IMG/VR virus record: IMGVR_UViG_3300040801_003053
Location: 6,977-70,976 of that record
DNA from: a virus
Length of the DNA stretch: 64,000 nt
Direction: 5' to 3' (one strand)
In this document: positions 29,822-40,531 of the stretch, one piece after another
Position numbering within the stretch: the stretch's first letter is position 1
Layout of the letters: every line of letters begins with the position of its first letter
Translations under genes and position numbers: made by a program
The notes under the pieces: generated by a model
Told to the model about the DNA's origin: nothing
What the model saw: only the letters and a program-made list of their open reading frames with translations
The model's database searches: none

Positions 29822-31655
29822 TAAATTCAAAATAGAGCAAGGGCCAAAACGAATAGAACTTCGGATTCCTAAAGTTGCGGGAGATCCTAACCCACCATTG
29901 TTTGAAAAAGGAACCGAGTACGACATGGATCTTGAAAGTGAAATCATTTGGAATCCAAACGTAGGGTATCCCGGAGAGCCTCTTGACAAATTTACTTACC
30001 GCATTAAGCCTGATGAAAACTCAAACTGGTCACCACCTATCCCATTTGTGATTAATGTGCCACCGGTACCCGGCACCCCTTCCTGTCAGAACAGATCGAC
30101 TTTGGTTTCTCAAGGATTTACAAATCAAATCACCGAGTCTTTTATCTTTGACACTTCAACAGATCGCATACGCATTGATAGCATTGAGGGTCAGGGAACA
30201 TTATACATAGACAACATGCCTGTTGAAATTGGGCGAGCCTACATGATTTATGAGTTTAAAAACATATCGTATCATGCTCTTGGCGATCCTCTGAACTCAA
30301 CAATTTACGCGAGGATAAATTTTACCATGGGGCGAAAAAATGAATGGGGATCCTCATGTAGGATAAGTCTTGACAGAAACTTCTACGCAGCTCTTTACCT
30401 AATTGGCTTCCCCCGGGTACAAACAGGAATCCATTGGAGAAGTAAAATCCATATTCGCAACGGTGTTCCAGAAGGTAAGATTAGAGTGCGTTTCAGCCCT
30501 ACTGACGAACTTGCTTTCTTTAGGGCCTATTATATTGATCCCAATGGGGTTATGCAAATAGAAGAGCTTAATACGGACTCAGAGACCGATTGGAACATAG
30601 ACGTAGATGAAACCGGAGCCGTTTTTCTTCACCTGGTAGGAGCCAAGCTCACTACGGATGAAACAGAGCCTTACCTGATGTTTATCAACATGGAGATCAT
30701 TGACAATGACGGCAATGATGAATTGATCGATCCTGTGTACGGACAGCTCTCAATTCCAATCTTTAATGACGAATCGCTACTTGAAGCTTACGGATCCATC
30801 TATGCGGTTTACCTAAACTCTCCAACAATAGGAAGCGCCCGCGATGATGTGACCATTGAAGTCCTTGCTCCGGCCTCCGAGGATTTGGAAGCGGAAATCA
30901 ACTTGTTGCCAAATATTGGAACACCACCTTTTACTTACAATCTGGTAGAGATAACAACAACTCCGGGCCTTACCATTACACAAAATGCAACAAAAGATAT
31001 GCTCTTTGATATTTCAGGTATTGACGGAGCAGCAAGTCCCGGTCTTGAGCATATTTTTGAAGCTCAAGTCACTGATGCCAATGATGTGACCAGTACCAAA
31101 CGATTTACGGTAACAGTAATTGAAATAGCGGCCCCTGGAGCCGTGCCTGTTGTTACGCCGCCACCAACAAAAGTCGTTAATCAAAATATCTACATTGACG
31201 TACAACCTACAGCAACCAACCCGCCAATCGATTCTTGGAGTGCCACCGGCCTCCCTGCAGGAATTAGTATTGACCCGGCAACAGGTCGCATTACAGGATC
31301 CTCTGTAGTCGATGGAACGCATAACGTAAATATTTATGCTACCAATAGCCAAGGCCAATCATTGGCTGCCGCATGGGTATTAACCATTCGAGCAAACACA
31401 TATACTGTTCCAGTGATTACCTCTCCAAATCAAGAAACTTGGAATTTTGGACAAAGCAATTTCTATCAACTGACATATACAGGCAGTGAGCCTATGAATG
31501 TTCAAGTGACAAACTTGCCTACTAACTGGTATTACAATTCAGCGGACCGGAAAGTGTATGGATTAATACAAAGCCCTCAAGAGTCATTTACAATATTACT
31601 GAGCAATGCAGCGGGATCAACCTCGCAAGTAGTAACAATATACACCAATATCTAA
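29811..31655 (+). CDS. Ig-like domain virion protein (He_PIG-type repeats)
   Basis: WSATGLPAGISIDPATGRITGS...VNIYATNS putative-Ig signature; ATG 29811 preferred. Confidence 0.7.
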   Translation: MSYSKFKIEQGPKRIELRIPKVAGDPNPPLFEKGTEYDMDLESEIIWNPNVGYPGEPLDKFTYRIKPDENSNWSPPIPFVINVPPVPGTPSCQNRSTLVSQGFTNQITESFIFDTSTDRIRIDSIEGQGTLYIDNMPVEIGRAYMIYEFKNISYHALGDPLNSTIYARINFTMGRKNEWGSSCRISLDRNFYAALYLIGFPRVQTGIHWRSKIHIRNGVPEGKIRVRFSPTDELAFFRAYYIDPNGVMQIEELNTDSETDWNIDVDETGAVFLHLVGAKLTTDETEPYLMFINMEIIDNDGNDELIDPVYGQLSIPIFNDESLLEAYGSIYAVYLNSPTIGSARDDVTIEVLAPASEDLEAEINLLPNIGTPPFTYNLVEITTTPGLTITQNATKDMLFDISGIDGAASPGLEHIFEAQVTDANDVTSTKRFTVTVIEIAAPGAVPVVTPPPTKVVNQNIYIDVQPTATNPPIDSWSATGLPAGISIDPATGRITGSSVVDGTHNVNIYATNSQGQSLAAAWVLTIRANTYTVPVITSPNQETWNFGQSNFYQLTYTGSEPMNVQVTNLPTNWYYNSADRKVYGLIQSPQESFTILLSNAAGSTSQVVTIYTNI

Positions 31656-34600
31656 TGAGCATCCATGTTGACAGGCTGAGAGTATTCATCAAGGGTTTGA
31701 GTTACGACTTAAATCCTAAAGCTACGCAGGATGAAACTTATCAGCATGCAGAGAATCTTCGTCTTTACTCAAAAAAAGGACGGCTTTCGCTTGTCAGCAT
31801 AAAAGGAACGACTGTTTTTTACGAGAACGCGGCGATCAAGAAATACCTTGGAGCTTGTGCTTTTGAGGATCAGCTGGTACTCATGATCAAGTTGGATAAT
31901 GATTATGCTCAAGAAATAAATACAGGAATCAGCTATCAGTTTACGGTTGTTCCTCAGAGTGTCACTCACAACTATCAATCGACAGATCCGGATCCCGGAC
32001 TTGATCTCCAAGCTGGACTTCTTACTGAACAAGTCTTTGATTCTGTTTTGGCAGAAACACAAGAAATTGAAGTCATTGACAAATCCAATGAGAGCTGTCA
32101 GACTCCTGTTTCGGCATTTAACCTCAATGACTACTACGCCCTTTCAAATATATCTGTCCCCAATTACGAGCATTGCATATTGGACAATGAAGATACGGTA
32201 CCGACAAACAATGGGGAGTACGGTGACAGTATAAGTGACGCGATCCTGGTACTTACCAAAGATGAAGACGGTAATATTACGGATGAAATCGTCTGGAATG
32301 GATTCTTGAACCTTGACCCCAATAGAAAACTGGTCATGGTTGGCCTTGATGAGAACGCTCATTATCGCAGAGTCTACATGACTGACGGGATGAATCCTTA
32401 CCGAACATTTAATTTGAAAGATCCTAACTTGCGTTACAAGATAGCCTCTACATTTGACATTGTTCAGGACATTTCCTTATTGCGTCCCGAGGTTGCTTTG
32501 CTTGAAGAGAATGGTCAACTTCCGGCCATGAGCGTTCAATACTTCTATCGACTCATTACAGAAGACGGTCAGGTATCTCTGATTTCTCCTTTTTCAAAAC
32601 TTATCCAAGTTGTTAAAGAAGATCGTAAGCATGAATTTGCCGGAGGAGACATAGATGAAATCACCAATAAGGCTGTTACTATTTCATGCCCTATTCCGGA
32701 ATATCTGAAATACAATCAGATTGAAGCCTATGCTCTCGAGTTTAAGGCCCCTGGCATTCCATCTGGCATCAAGCAGCTTGGAGTAAAAGACGTTCAGGAA
32801 ATTGTAACGTTCAAGCATATAGGTACAGAATCCGATTACAGCGATACGCTAACACTTACTGAGATTCTGACCAACACAAATACGTTTCGGTATTGCAATG
32901 CTTTGGAGATCCATAACAATAAACTTGTGGCCGGTGGTTTACGCAACCAACCCTACCCCCTTGGAGTAAGGTATCTAGAAGATCAGTTTGTATTGAAAGC
33001 TTACGATGCTGACGGAAAGGCTCACAACTGCCTGATAAACCCCTCTCCTGACGTTTATCGCTATGTAAAGCCTTCTGATACCTCAAAGAGTTTAAGTGCC
33101 GTTAAAACGCAATATACGCGCATTTTGGTGTTTGGCAATTTCAATATACGCTTGCCCAATCTGGATACAGGTGATTTCATCAAAACAACTTTTTATAGCG
33201 ATACGGATCAATACGAGAATTACATACCCCAAGTGGCTGAATGGTTGGAAGGCGAAGATCTTTCCATATTTCCAAATTTAAAAGTGGAATACGTCAATAG
33301 CACGCTTTTAATGTCTTTGGAGAATGAAGCGGTTACTGTCGACTTATTGCGATACAGATTCAGCATATCTCAAGACCAGGCTATTGTAGAATTTGATAAC
33401 GAATATGTCATTAATACCGATTCTGTAGATCCTACTGATCTTGTTTTTGGCGCATCCAGTCATGGTTACAATCAGGGTACAGGCATACGATTAAGTTGGG
33501 AGAGAGAAAGCGAACTCTTGCTTTCCAAAACACCAGAACAATATACCGGAGGAAATATTCTTCCTCTAGAAACACCAAGCCTTAAAAAAGGCTTTATGAA
33601 AGAAGAGATCTATCGACTTGGATTGACGTTCTACAAATCGGGAGCGGCTTTGTTTACGATCCCCATGGGAGATATTCAGGCCCCGGCTCTTGGTGATACA
33701 GTATCATACATTGACCAGCAAGGCAATGCAATTATTACAGACGAAAAATACAGAAATCAATTTGTAGATGGCAATAGTCTTTATGGCGAAAGAGTTGTCC
33801 TTAAAGCTGAAGTAAGGCTTGGTTGTGAAATGAAAAAGTTTGTTGACGCTTACCAGATTCATTATGTGCCGAGAGACGAATTTAACCGGACCATACTGGC
33901 ACAGGGTATATCAGCTCCTTTGCAACGAGTGATGCGCTTTAAGGATATCAATGAGTTTGGAGAAAACAAAACACCAGAGACTTATCGCAAATGGACATTG
34001 CCTTATAAGGGAGGACCCTTATTGGAGCGTTTCGGGTTTGAAGCTTATGATACCTATGGGGATCAATTTGAAGAAGATGTGACCGACAGTGAAGAAGTCA
34101 TGAAAAGACGAATCATGACGCATCGAAAGCTTATGTATTTTGATTCTCCAGAATTCATCTACAATAAAGTTTCTGATGCCTTACTTGAAAACTCTACCGT
34201 CGAAGTCAAAGGCCGATTGAAAACCGACCATAGCCGGGTTTTGTTTTATGACATGATGGTGCCTACACCCAATGCAAATCCATTCAACGGTGTTAACCAA
34301 AATACTTTCAGCAAGAAAATATGGGAAGGTGGCAGTAAGCCTGATGAAGAGCTGGAAGCATTTTTCGCGGGCGAAGATAAAAACACACATCCCTACTGGA
34401 TGGACGTTTCTGTGTTTGCAGGCTTTGAGCCTTTTGAATCTTCTCATGATATTTCTGAATCAGCGATTGTTGGAAATGGAGAAATCATTCCAGCGGTCCT
34501 AATGGGAATGAGCCATCCCATAAGCAACAATGCGCTCAGTCTTGGAGAACCCTCTATGTATTATTCCTCTCATTGGAGAAAGGGGAAAACAAGTGGAGGA

Positions 34601-36289
34601 ACAGTATTCAATCAAGGAGATATTGCCGCCTGTCAATTTGGTTTTACCAGTCAGCGAAGCTCTGGATACAGAACCCTATTTATCAAAACAAAAGAAGATC
34701 TCTTTACCGATGAGTTTTTAGGCCCCGAGATTATAGATGTTTCTTCAGCTCATTTCCGTGGCGATCGATGGACAACCAAACCCACTGTAGATTCCCATGC
34801 TCTTATTAATTTGAGAATGGACAATGCCGATACGGTATATGGTGGAAGAACAAAATACGCCCTGTCAAGGAACCTCTACTCTCCATTGAGTAAAGTGATC
34901 CCAGTTCATAAAAAAGGCAACCAGGCGCAAATTTCAAAGGTTAATGGCGATGTTTATACAACGCTCTTCATGCGTACAAAGAACTCATGGCATAACCACA
35001 AACCTTTCAAGGAATTTAAGGAAATGCAGAATCACGATGACCGGACGGACAACTCTCGTGACATAAACGAATGGAATCGCCCTTCTGCATGGATGTATGC
35101 CGTTGTTCTTGAAACGCAAGTCGAGGAAAGATTCAATCATCATAACAGGCCCTATCGTGTAGAGCCACCTTTTGATTTCGGTATTGAACAAAGAGAAACA
35201 ATAAACCCAGCGTACCTTATCGAGGATGAGCTGAAAGATTTCATCCCAAGACCATTTACATTCCAGGATGATCCTTTGCGTACCGATCAGCTTGCCGCTT
35301 CTAAGGTCAAGCTTGCCGGAGACTACTACGATTCATTTACGGTATTCCTTGCCAATGATTTTTATCCTCTTGGCAAGAAGTACGGAGATATTACCAATCT
35401 CGTTGTTGATAAAGATCAGTTGTTTGCGATTCAGGAAAGAGCGACCAACGCGGTTGTCATGGATCCAAAAGACACCATTCAAACCGAGGAAGGTCGAGAA
35501 ATTCAACTGGCAACAGGTACCGGTAGAGTTTTTCACGATCACAAAGTCATAAGCAAATACGGAACCGGCATCCGAGGATCCGTAACTCAATCTGATTTTG
35601 GATTCAGTTTCTTTGATGAAAGACGAAATGAATTTATACGAGGTGCAACACCGCTTACCCTTGAGCGTGACCTGGCTTTTAAGATGCGGGAGTATTTTGA
35701 TAATGATCCTGTAGTAAATGTAGAAGGGTGGTATGATGATTACTACAAGGAAACAAACCTTATGTTGATAAGCAAGTCGGGGATAAAAAGAACACTCTCG
35801 TTCAATGAGCTTCAACAGGTGTTCAATGGATGGTATGATTACCAGGCAAGCAAATATTTCCGGTTTGACAACATCGTTTTTGCGCCAGAAGCAGACGGTG
35901 GTTATGAACCTAAATTGCACATGCTCAATACCGGAAATGAATTGGAATTGTTTGGCGTGCAAAAAAATGCTAAATTGGGATTGATCGTTAAAGAAGCGGG
36001 TCCAGCAATATTTGAAAGTATTTCTTTAAGCCTCAATCAAAATCTTCCTGTCGATCAGGTAACGATTTACGACAATAGAGATCAAAGCGATATTCGTGTT
36101 ATAGCGTCCAATCACTTCCGATACGAAATCCTTGAAGGGGTGCATCATGTCCCGCTAAGCAACATGATGGATCGGGCAGAAAAACGAGGAGAGTGGGCTT
36201 ATATCGAAATCAATATGAGCATACAGTCTCCCGGCCAACGAATAGAATTGATGAAAATGATAGCACATTTAAGAGCAAGTTTGATATGA
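31655..36289 (+). CDS. Tail stabilisation / muzzle protein (crAss-like)
   Basis: 1544 aa; N-terminal KGLSYD...Y-x2-AENLR and position before the ejection proteins. Confidence 0.7.
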   Translation: MSIHVDRLRVFIKGLSYDLNPKATQDETYQHAENLRLYSKKGRLSLVSIKGTTVFYENAAIKKYLGACAFEDQLVLMIKLDNDYAQEINTGISYQFTVVPQSVTHNYQSTDPDPGLDLQAGLLTEQVFDSVLAETQEIEVIDKSNESCQTPVSAFNLNDYYALSNISVPNYEHCILDNEDTVPTNNGEYGDSISDAILVLTKDEDGNITDEIVWNGFLNLDPNRKLVMVGLDENAHYRRVYMTDGMNPYRTFNLKDPNLRYKIASTFDIVQDISLLRPEVALLEENGQLPAMSVQYFYRLITEDGQVSLISPFSKLIQVVKEDRKHEFAGGDIDEITNKAVTISCPIPEYLKYNQIEAYALEFKAPGIPSGIKQLGVKDVQEIVTFKHIGTESDYSDTLTLTEILTNTNTFRYCNALEIHNNKLVAGGLRNQPYPLGVRYLEDQFVLKAYDADGKAHNCLINPSPDVYRYVKPSDTSKSLSAVKTQYTRILVFGNFNIRLPNLDTGDFIKTTFYSDTDQYENYIPQVAEWLEGEDLSIFPNLKVEYVNSTLLMSLENEAVTVDLLRYRFSISQDQAIVEFDNEYVINTDSVDPTDLVFGASSHGYNQGTGIRLSWERESELLLSKTPEQYTGGNILPLETPSLKKGFMKEEIYRLGLTFYKSGAALFTIPMGDIQAPALGDTVSYIDQQGNAIITDEKYRNQFVDGNSLYGERVVLKAEVRLGCEMKKFVDAYQIHYVPRDEFNRTILAQGISAPLQRVMRFKDINEFGENKTPETYRKWTLPYKGGPLLERFGFEAYDTYGDQFEEDVTDSEEVMKRRIMTHRKLMYFDSPEFIYNKVSDALLENSTVEVKGRLKTDHSRVLFYDMMVPTPNANPFNGVNQNTFSKKIWEGGSKPDEELEAFFAGEDKNTHPYWMDVSVFAGFEPFESSHDISESAIVGNGEIIPAVLMGMSHPISNNALSLGEPSMYYSSHWRKGKTSGGTVFNQGDIAACQFGFTSQRSSGYRTLFIKTKEDLFTDEFLGPEIIDVSSAHFRGDRWTTKPTVDSHALINLRMDNADTVYGGRTKYALSRNLYSPLSKVIPVHKKGNQAQISKVNGDVYTTLFMRTKNSWHNHKPFKEFKEMQNHDDRTDNSRDINEWNRPSAWMYAVVLETQVEERFNHHNRPYRVEPPFDFGIEQRETINPAYLIEDELKDFIPRPFTFQDDPLRTDQLAASKVKLAGDYYDSFTVFLANDFYPLGKKYGDITNLVVDKDQLFAIQERATNAVVMDPKDTIQTEEGREIQLATGTGRVFHDHKVISKYGTGIRGSVTQSDFGFSFFDERRNEFIRGATPLTLERDLAFKMREYFDNDPVVNVEGWYDDYYKETNLMLISKSGIKRTLSFNELQQVFNGWYDYQASKYFRFDNIVFAPEADGGYEPKLHMLNTGNELELFGVQKNAKLGLIVKEAGPAIFESISLSLNQNLPVDQVTIYDNRDQSDIRVIASNHFRYEILEGVHHVPLSNMMDRAEKRGEWAYIEINMSIQSPGQRIELMKMIAHLRASLI

Positions 36290-36771
36290 AAACGACAAAA
36301 TTTGGACAATGGGCTGATAGAGCCAAAGATAATACAGCTGAGTGGTGGCAAGACAACAAGCAAAAGATTGGCGAAGGTGCTAAAGCGGGAGGTCAATCTC
36401 TTTTGGATGTTGCCCCTCAGATGGCGGCTACGTTGGCAATGAATCCTACTGATGGAGCAACAAGCAAAAATCAGGTACGTGGAGCAACAACAAGCCGAGC
36501 CTTAAGTCTTGGAGGGCAAGCCGCTGCTGTTGGGATGGCGGCTGGTGGCCCAATAGGAGCCGCAGCTGGTCTTGTTTTAGGAACTGGATTTGGACTTGCT
36601 CAGGGCAATGGCTTTTTAAATGATTTTCAGAAAAAAGAAAATGAACGCGTCAAGCGAGAATGGGAAATGACTGAAAGCGAACGCAAGCAAGCTTATTTTG
36701 CTGATTTGGATTCAGCTTCATTGGAACGGATGAACAATATAATTAAAGAACAAAACGGATATTTTACATAA
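36286..36771 (+). CDS. Small ejection/pilot protein
   Basis: ATG 36286 (ATGA overlap); Gly/Ala-rich hydrophobic stretch GGPIGAAAGLVLGTGFG. Confidence 0.55.
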   Translation: MKTTKFGQWADRAKDNTAEWWQDNKQKIGEGAKAGGQSLLDVAPQMAATLAMNPTDGATSKNQVRGATTSRALSLGGQAAAVGMAAGGPIGAAAGLVLGTGFGLAQGNGFLNDFQKKENERVKREWEMTESERKQAYFADLDSASLERMNNIIKEQNGYFT

Positions 36772-36774
36772 GCC

Positions 36775-38589
36775 ATGGCAAAACCACCAAAATTTGAAAG
36801 AGACAATTTAAAGGCCATTTACAATTACCTGCGTTATACCCACGATTTAAGTGAAATGGATACCCGGGCAATCGTTGGGAACTTGCTTCAAGAATCCCTT
36901 GGCGATCCATCTGCTGAAAATGGAAATGCTTATGGTATTGCTCAATGGTTGGGATCAAGAAAAAAAGAGTTGATGAAAAAAGAGAACCCCGAATCTCTTA
37001 TGACACAACTCGATTTCATGATGGAAGAGCTTAAAGGGCCAGAGAAAAAAGCCTGGAACAAACTTCAAGAGGCAGATACCCTTGAAGCCAAAACCAAAGC
37101 CTTCCGAACACATTATGAACGCCCTGGTGAAGATGAAGCTCGTGATGATAAAAGGGTAAGGTATGCTGATTTTGATTCTACCACTTTTGAACTTCCACAA
37201 ACATCTGACTTGCAAAGTCCAAGAAAAGTGGATTTTGACCCGATAGAAATAAGAGATCGGGTAAGTAAAAAATACCAAGAAAATATTGATGCTCTTGAAG
37301 GCCGTATCAAAGAAATTTCCGCTGATGAAAATTTAACAGATCAGGAAAAACAAGGGCAATTAAAATCTATTATGCAGTCATTGGAAACAATGACAAATGA
37401 GCGTCAAGGAGAAATTGACCGGGAGATTCAAAATGCAGCAACAGAGTTTACCAAGAAATACAATAAAGAAACCAAGGAAATTCAGGAAACTCAAAACAAG
37501 AATGCTGGAACGCCAACAGCAGAACAAGCTATTCAAGCAGAAAGCAACAAAGCTGACCAGTGGGATCAGATGATCAAAAAGACATTTGAAGATGCTGGCC
37601 TTCCTGTTCCATCAAAACCAGACTTCAATTATAACAAAGGCGATTACAAAAATCCACTGAACATACCTGCCTTGGCTCAAGGCGCCATGGGTCTTATTGG
37701 CCTGTCTCAAGCACAAGAAGAAATGCCGGAGCAGGAGTTTAAGATCAGTCCGGCCGATCAGCTTTTCTTGGAAGAGAGTAAACGTATCAGCGAATCGGGA
37801 ATCCCCGTAGCTGAAGAAGCGAAACTGAAGAATGATCTCAAAGAAAGCTTTAAGATTGGTGTTGACAACTTAACTCGAGCGTCGGGAGGTGATCGCAACG
37901 CTGTACTCGCCAATACAGGAGCTTTAAGCGCGGCTCAAGCTAAAGCGATAACAGAGCTTCAGATTGCTGATCAAATGCAAAAGAACAAAGGATTTGAGCT
38001 TTATAGCAATGTGTTAGACCGAATAGAAACTCGCAGACAACAAGTGGCTGACAAGAATTTTAATTTGAGTGTCGCTGAACGTAACCGTCGTGTCGGAAAT
38101 GCGGAGAATTTGGCTAACAATGCATTCTCTACGATGATGGATGAGATTGCCTACCAAAGAAATAATGGTCCGGGTAGTGCCAATCACATGATGAGAGAAT
38201 TTATGAATGTTCAGATGTTCGGTCAATCGAACGCCGAAGACAAAGGGCAACCTTATTCAAAATCGTGGAGAGAAGCTCAAGATGCCAAAATGATAGCCAA
38301 CTACAATGCTGAAAATGCTAAATACAACCAGAGTCAATTCAGAAAAGAACTTCTTGATCAGATAACACCTGGTCAAAAAGCATTTTTACAAGATCAAGGA
38401 TTTAATGCAGAGACTTTCAATTGGGACGGGATAAGCAATGTGAATCAAATTATTGAACGTTCCGGAGGACGAAAAATTCAAAACAGAGTTCAGCCTGTAT
38501 CACAAGCCGGGTTTGATATGGTTCTTCCTGCTGTTGACATGGATTATAGCCAGATCATGGAAGAAGCCAAAAAACTACGAAATATATAA
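36775..38589 (+). CDS. Ejection protein with N-terminal phage tail lysozyme domain
   Basis: AIVGNLLQES...AYGIAQWLGSRK...QLDF...FRTHYERPG is the Phage_lysozyme2-type signature. Confidence 0.8.
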   Translation: MAKPPKFERDNLKAIYNYLRYTHDLSEMDTRAIVGNLLQESLGDPSAENGNAYGIAQWLGSRKKELMKKENPESLMTQLDFMMEELKGPEKKAWNKLQEADTLEAKTKAFRTHYERPGEDEARDDKRVRYADFDSTTFELPQTSDLQSPRKVDFDPIEIRDRVSKKYQENIDALEGRIKEISADENLTDQEKQGQLKSIMQSLETMTNERQGEIDREIQNAATEFTKKYNKETKEIQETQNKNAGTPTAEQAIQAESNKADQWDQMIKKTFEDAGLPVPSKPDFNYNKGDYKNPLNIPALAQGAMGLIGLSQAQEEMPEQEFKISPADQLFLEESKRISESGIPVAEEAKLKNDLKESFKIGVDNLTRASGGDRNAVLANTGALSAAQAKAITELQIADQMQKNKGFELYSNVLDRIETRRQQVADKNFNLSVAERNRRVGNAENLANNAFSTMMDEIAYQRNNGPGSANHMMREFMNVQMFGQSNAEDKGQPYSKSWREAQDAKMIANYNAENAKYNQSQFRKELLDQITPGQKAFLQDQGFNAETFNWDGISNVNQIIERSGGRKIQNRVQPVSQAGFDMVLPAVDMDYSQIMEEAKKLRNI

Positions 38590-38604
38590 TACCACCATAG
38601 AACT

Positions 38605-40530
38605 ATGAACACAGGAGGATTATTAGGACTTACCAAAGGAATCAATTCGCAGGAGCAAGCGAATCAGGATTTGCGTACAATGGCGCAAATGCTTGGCATG
38701 AAGAAAATGGAGGAAGCCGAGCAAATGCAAGCTGAAGAGCAAATCAATGCTACGATTCAGAAGGTACGGGATCAGACCAACATGCTATTGGAAAATGACC
38801 GACTACAAGTAAACTCAAGGGCTCAAGAGTTAAGGCAAGACATCCGCAAAAAGCTTCGCGATCTTGGTGGTGACCGAAAAGCTTTTCTCAAAAACGGAGG
38901 CATGCAAACCTTGAGAGACTACGAGTCCAAGATCCTTGACAGTGATGAGTTCCTGACCTTTAAAAACAACAAGATCAACATGGAGAAAATCTTGATGGTT
39001 AAAGAGTCTGGGAAAGGCCATTTGCTCAATCAACGTGACGTTACAGCTCTGACAGAATATCAAGCCAATGGAAAAGGGAAAATAACCTATACGGGGCTGA
39101 ATCACGAAGTAGAAATTGACCCAATGGCTTTTGAATATGGGCAACAAGTAACTCCGGCCCAAGTCATAGCCTGGGGAAACAACCGTCAGGCAATACTCGC
39201 CAACTTTGAAGCAGACATGGGCATACCTTACCCGCACAGCTATAATGACGCGCTCCTGCAAGCTTACGTTAAAAAGAAAGGCTACGGGGGCATTGGAATG
39301 AATCAAAAGCTTCAGGCGAGGCGCATGGCTTTAGCGGCTAAGGCCCAAAAAGATCTTTCAGTACGATCGGTGGCCGGCTCTATTCAAAATCTTGTTGGAT
39401 CCGGAGAGAAACTTTCCAGAAGCAAGATCAACGATACGTCCATTCTGAACAATGAGGCTATGGGCCAGCTGGGGGCGAAACCTCTCAAAACGGTTGCTTA
39501 CGATCAGTCCAACATATTTTTCAATCAAGCTCCTGTTTCTGACCAAGGACTTGATAAGGGCTTGGGTATCTTTGATTACTTCAAAAAAGGAACGGCTTAC
39601 AAATTGCGTGGTGGTGCAGAGATCCTTAGTGGTTTTGGAAGTAAGTTTGCTGAAAACTATTATGGAGTGAGTAATATTGCTCCAACAGAAGAAGGTACAT
39701 ACAACTTAAACCCAACAGAATTGCAAGGCACTTTTGACGCTAAAGGGTCATCCCTGCAGAACAGAAGCACTATTCGCGACTGGAACAACAATTATAAGCC
39801 TCAAGAGATTATCATGGCTTACAAAGGGACAAACAATAAAGGCGAAGAAGTGTTGATTACAGACAAGTATGCCGATAAAAACGGCAAAAAGCTTGCTGAT
39901 GATAATCATGAGCTTTATGGCGGTGCAGACATTCAAGGCTCTAAAGTGATGGTGGTCCGAATGCATGACCCAAAAGAACCCGGGTTTGATTACTACCAAG
40001 AAATCCCTGCTTCTTCTCAAGCACATGCCTCATGGCTGAATGAGTCTATGGGTAAATGGATGAACACAACCGATGAGCGTAAAGAGGCCCTGCAACGTAC
40101 AGCAATCTCTCAAGAAGCTGAAATGCTGACCGAAAAAGAAGCTCAGATTATTCAAGAAAGAATGCCTGACATTGCCGCCCAAGTGCAAAAGCAAGCTTCC
40201 AACAGCCGTGTGTTCACAGGCCCTGAAATGAGCGTTGTACAGGCTGATTATATGTCACCAGAAGGGCAAACACGAAATGCCCTGATTCAATCGTTTGTGA
40301 CTGCCGTATCTCAAGGGGATGGAGACTTTGCTCAGAATTATCTGGAGAGCGGAGCCTTTACTGAATATATGAAAGCCTATGGCGTAGAGGAAATGCTTCA
40401 TGATTACAGTGTAAGTGATGAGCAAATTCTGGAGGCTATTTACAAGGCCACAACAAAACCGGGAAGTGAGGTAAGCGATTACCAGCAGTATGAACTTCTA
40501 AGAAACATTTACCAACAAAACAAGCAATAG
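38605..40530 (+). CDS. Putative ejection/cargo protein
   Basis: 641 aa, helical, between the lysozyme ejection protein and vRNAP. Confidence 0.55.
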   Translation: MNTGGLLGLTKGINSQEQANQDLRTMAQMLGMKKMEEAEQMQAEEQINATIQKVRDQTNMLLENDRLQVNSRAQELRQDIRKKLRDLGGDRKAFLKNGGMQTLRDYESKILDSDEFLTFKNNKINMEKILMVKESGKGHLLNQRDVTALTEYQANGKGKITYTGLNHEVEIDPMAFEYGQQVTPAQVIAWGNNRQAILANFEADMGIPYPHSYNDALLQAYVKKKGYGGIGMNQKLQARRMALAAKAQKDLSVRSVAGSIQNLVGSGEKLSRSKINDTSILNNEAMGQLGAKPLKTVAYDQSNIFFNQAPVSDQGLDKGLGIFDYFKKGTAYKLRGGAEILSGFGSKFAENYYGVSNIAPTEEGTYNLNPTELQGTFDAKGSSLQNRSTIRDWNNNYKPQEIIMAYKGTNNKGEEVLITDKYADKNGKKLADDNHELYGGADIQGSKVMVVRMHDPKEPGFDYYQEIPASSQAHASWLNESMGKWMNTTDERKEALQRTAISQEAEMLTEKEAQIIQERMPDIAAQVQKQASNSRVFTGPEMSVVQADYMSPEGQTRNALIQSFVTAVSQGDGDFAQNYLESGAFTEYMKAYGVEEMLHDYSVSDEQILEAIYKATTKPGSEVSDYQQYELLRNIYQQNKQ

Positions 40531-40531
40531 C

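Noticed and set aside
29669-29830. Programmed frameshift joining the 50-aa ORF to the Ig-domain gene via the A7 run near 29744
   Set aside because: The run is not in X XXY YYZ register, and the downstream gene has its own ATG at 29811.
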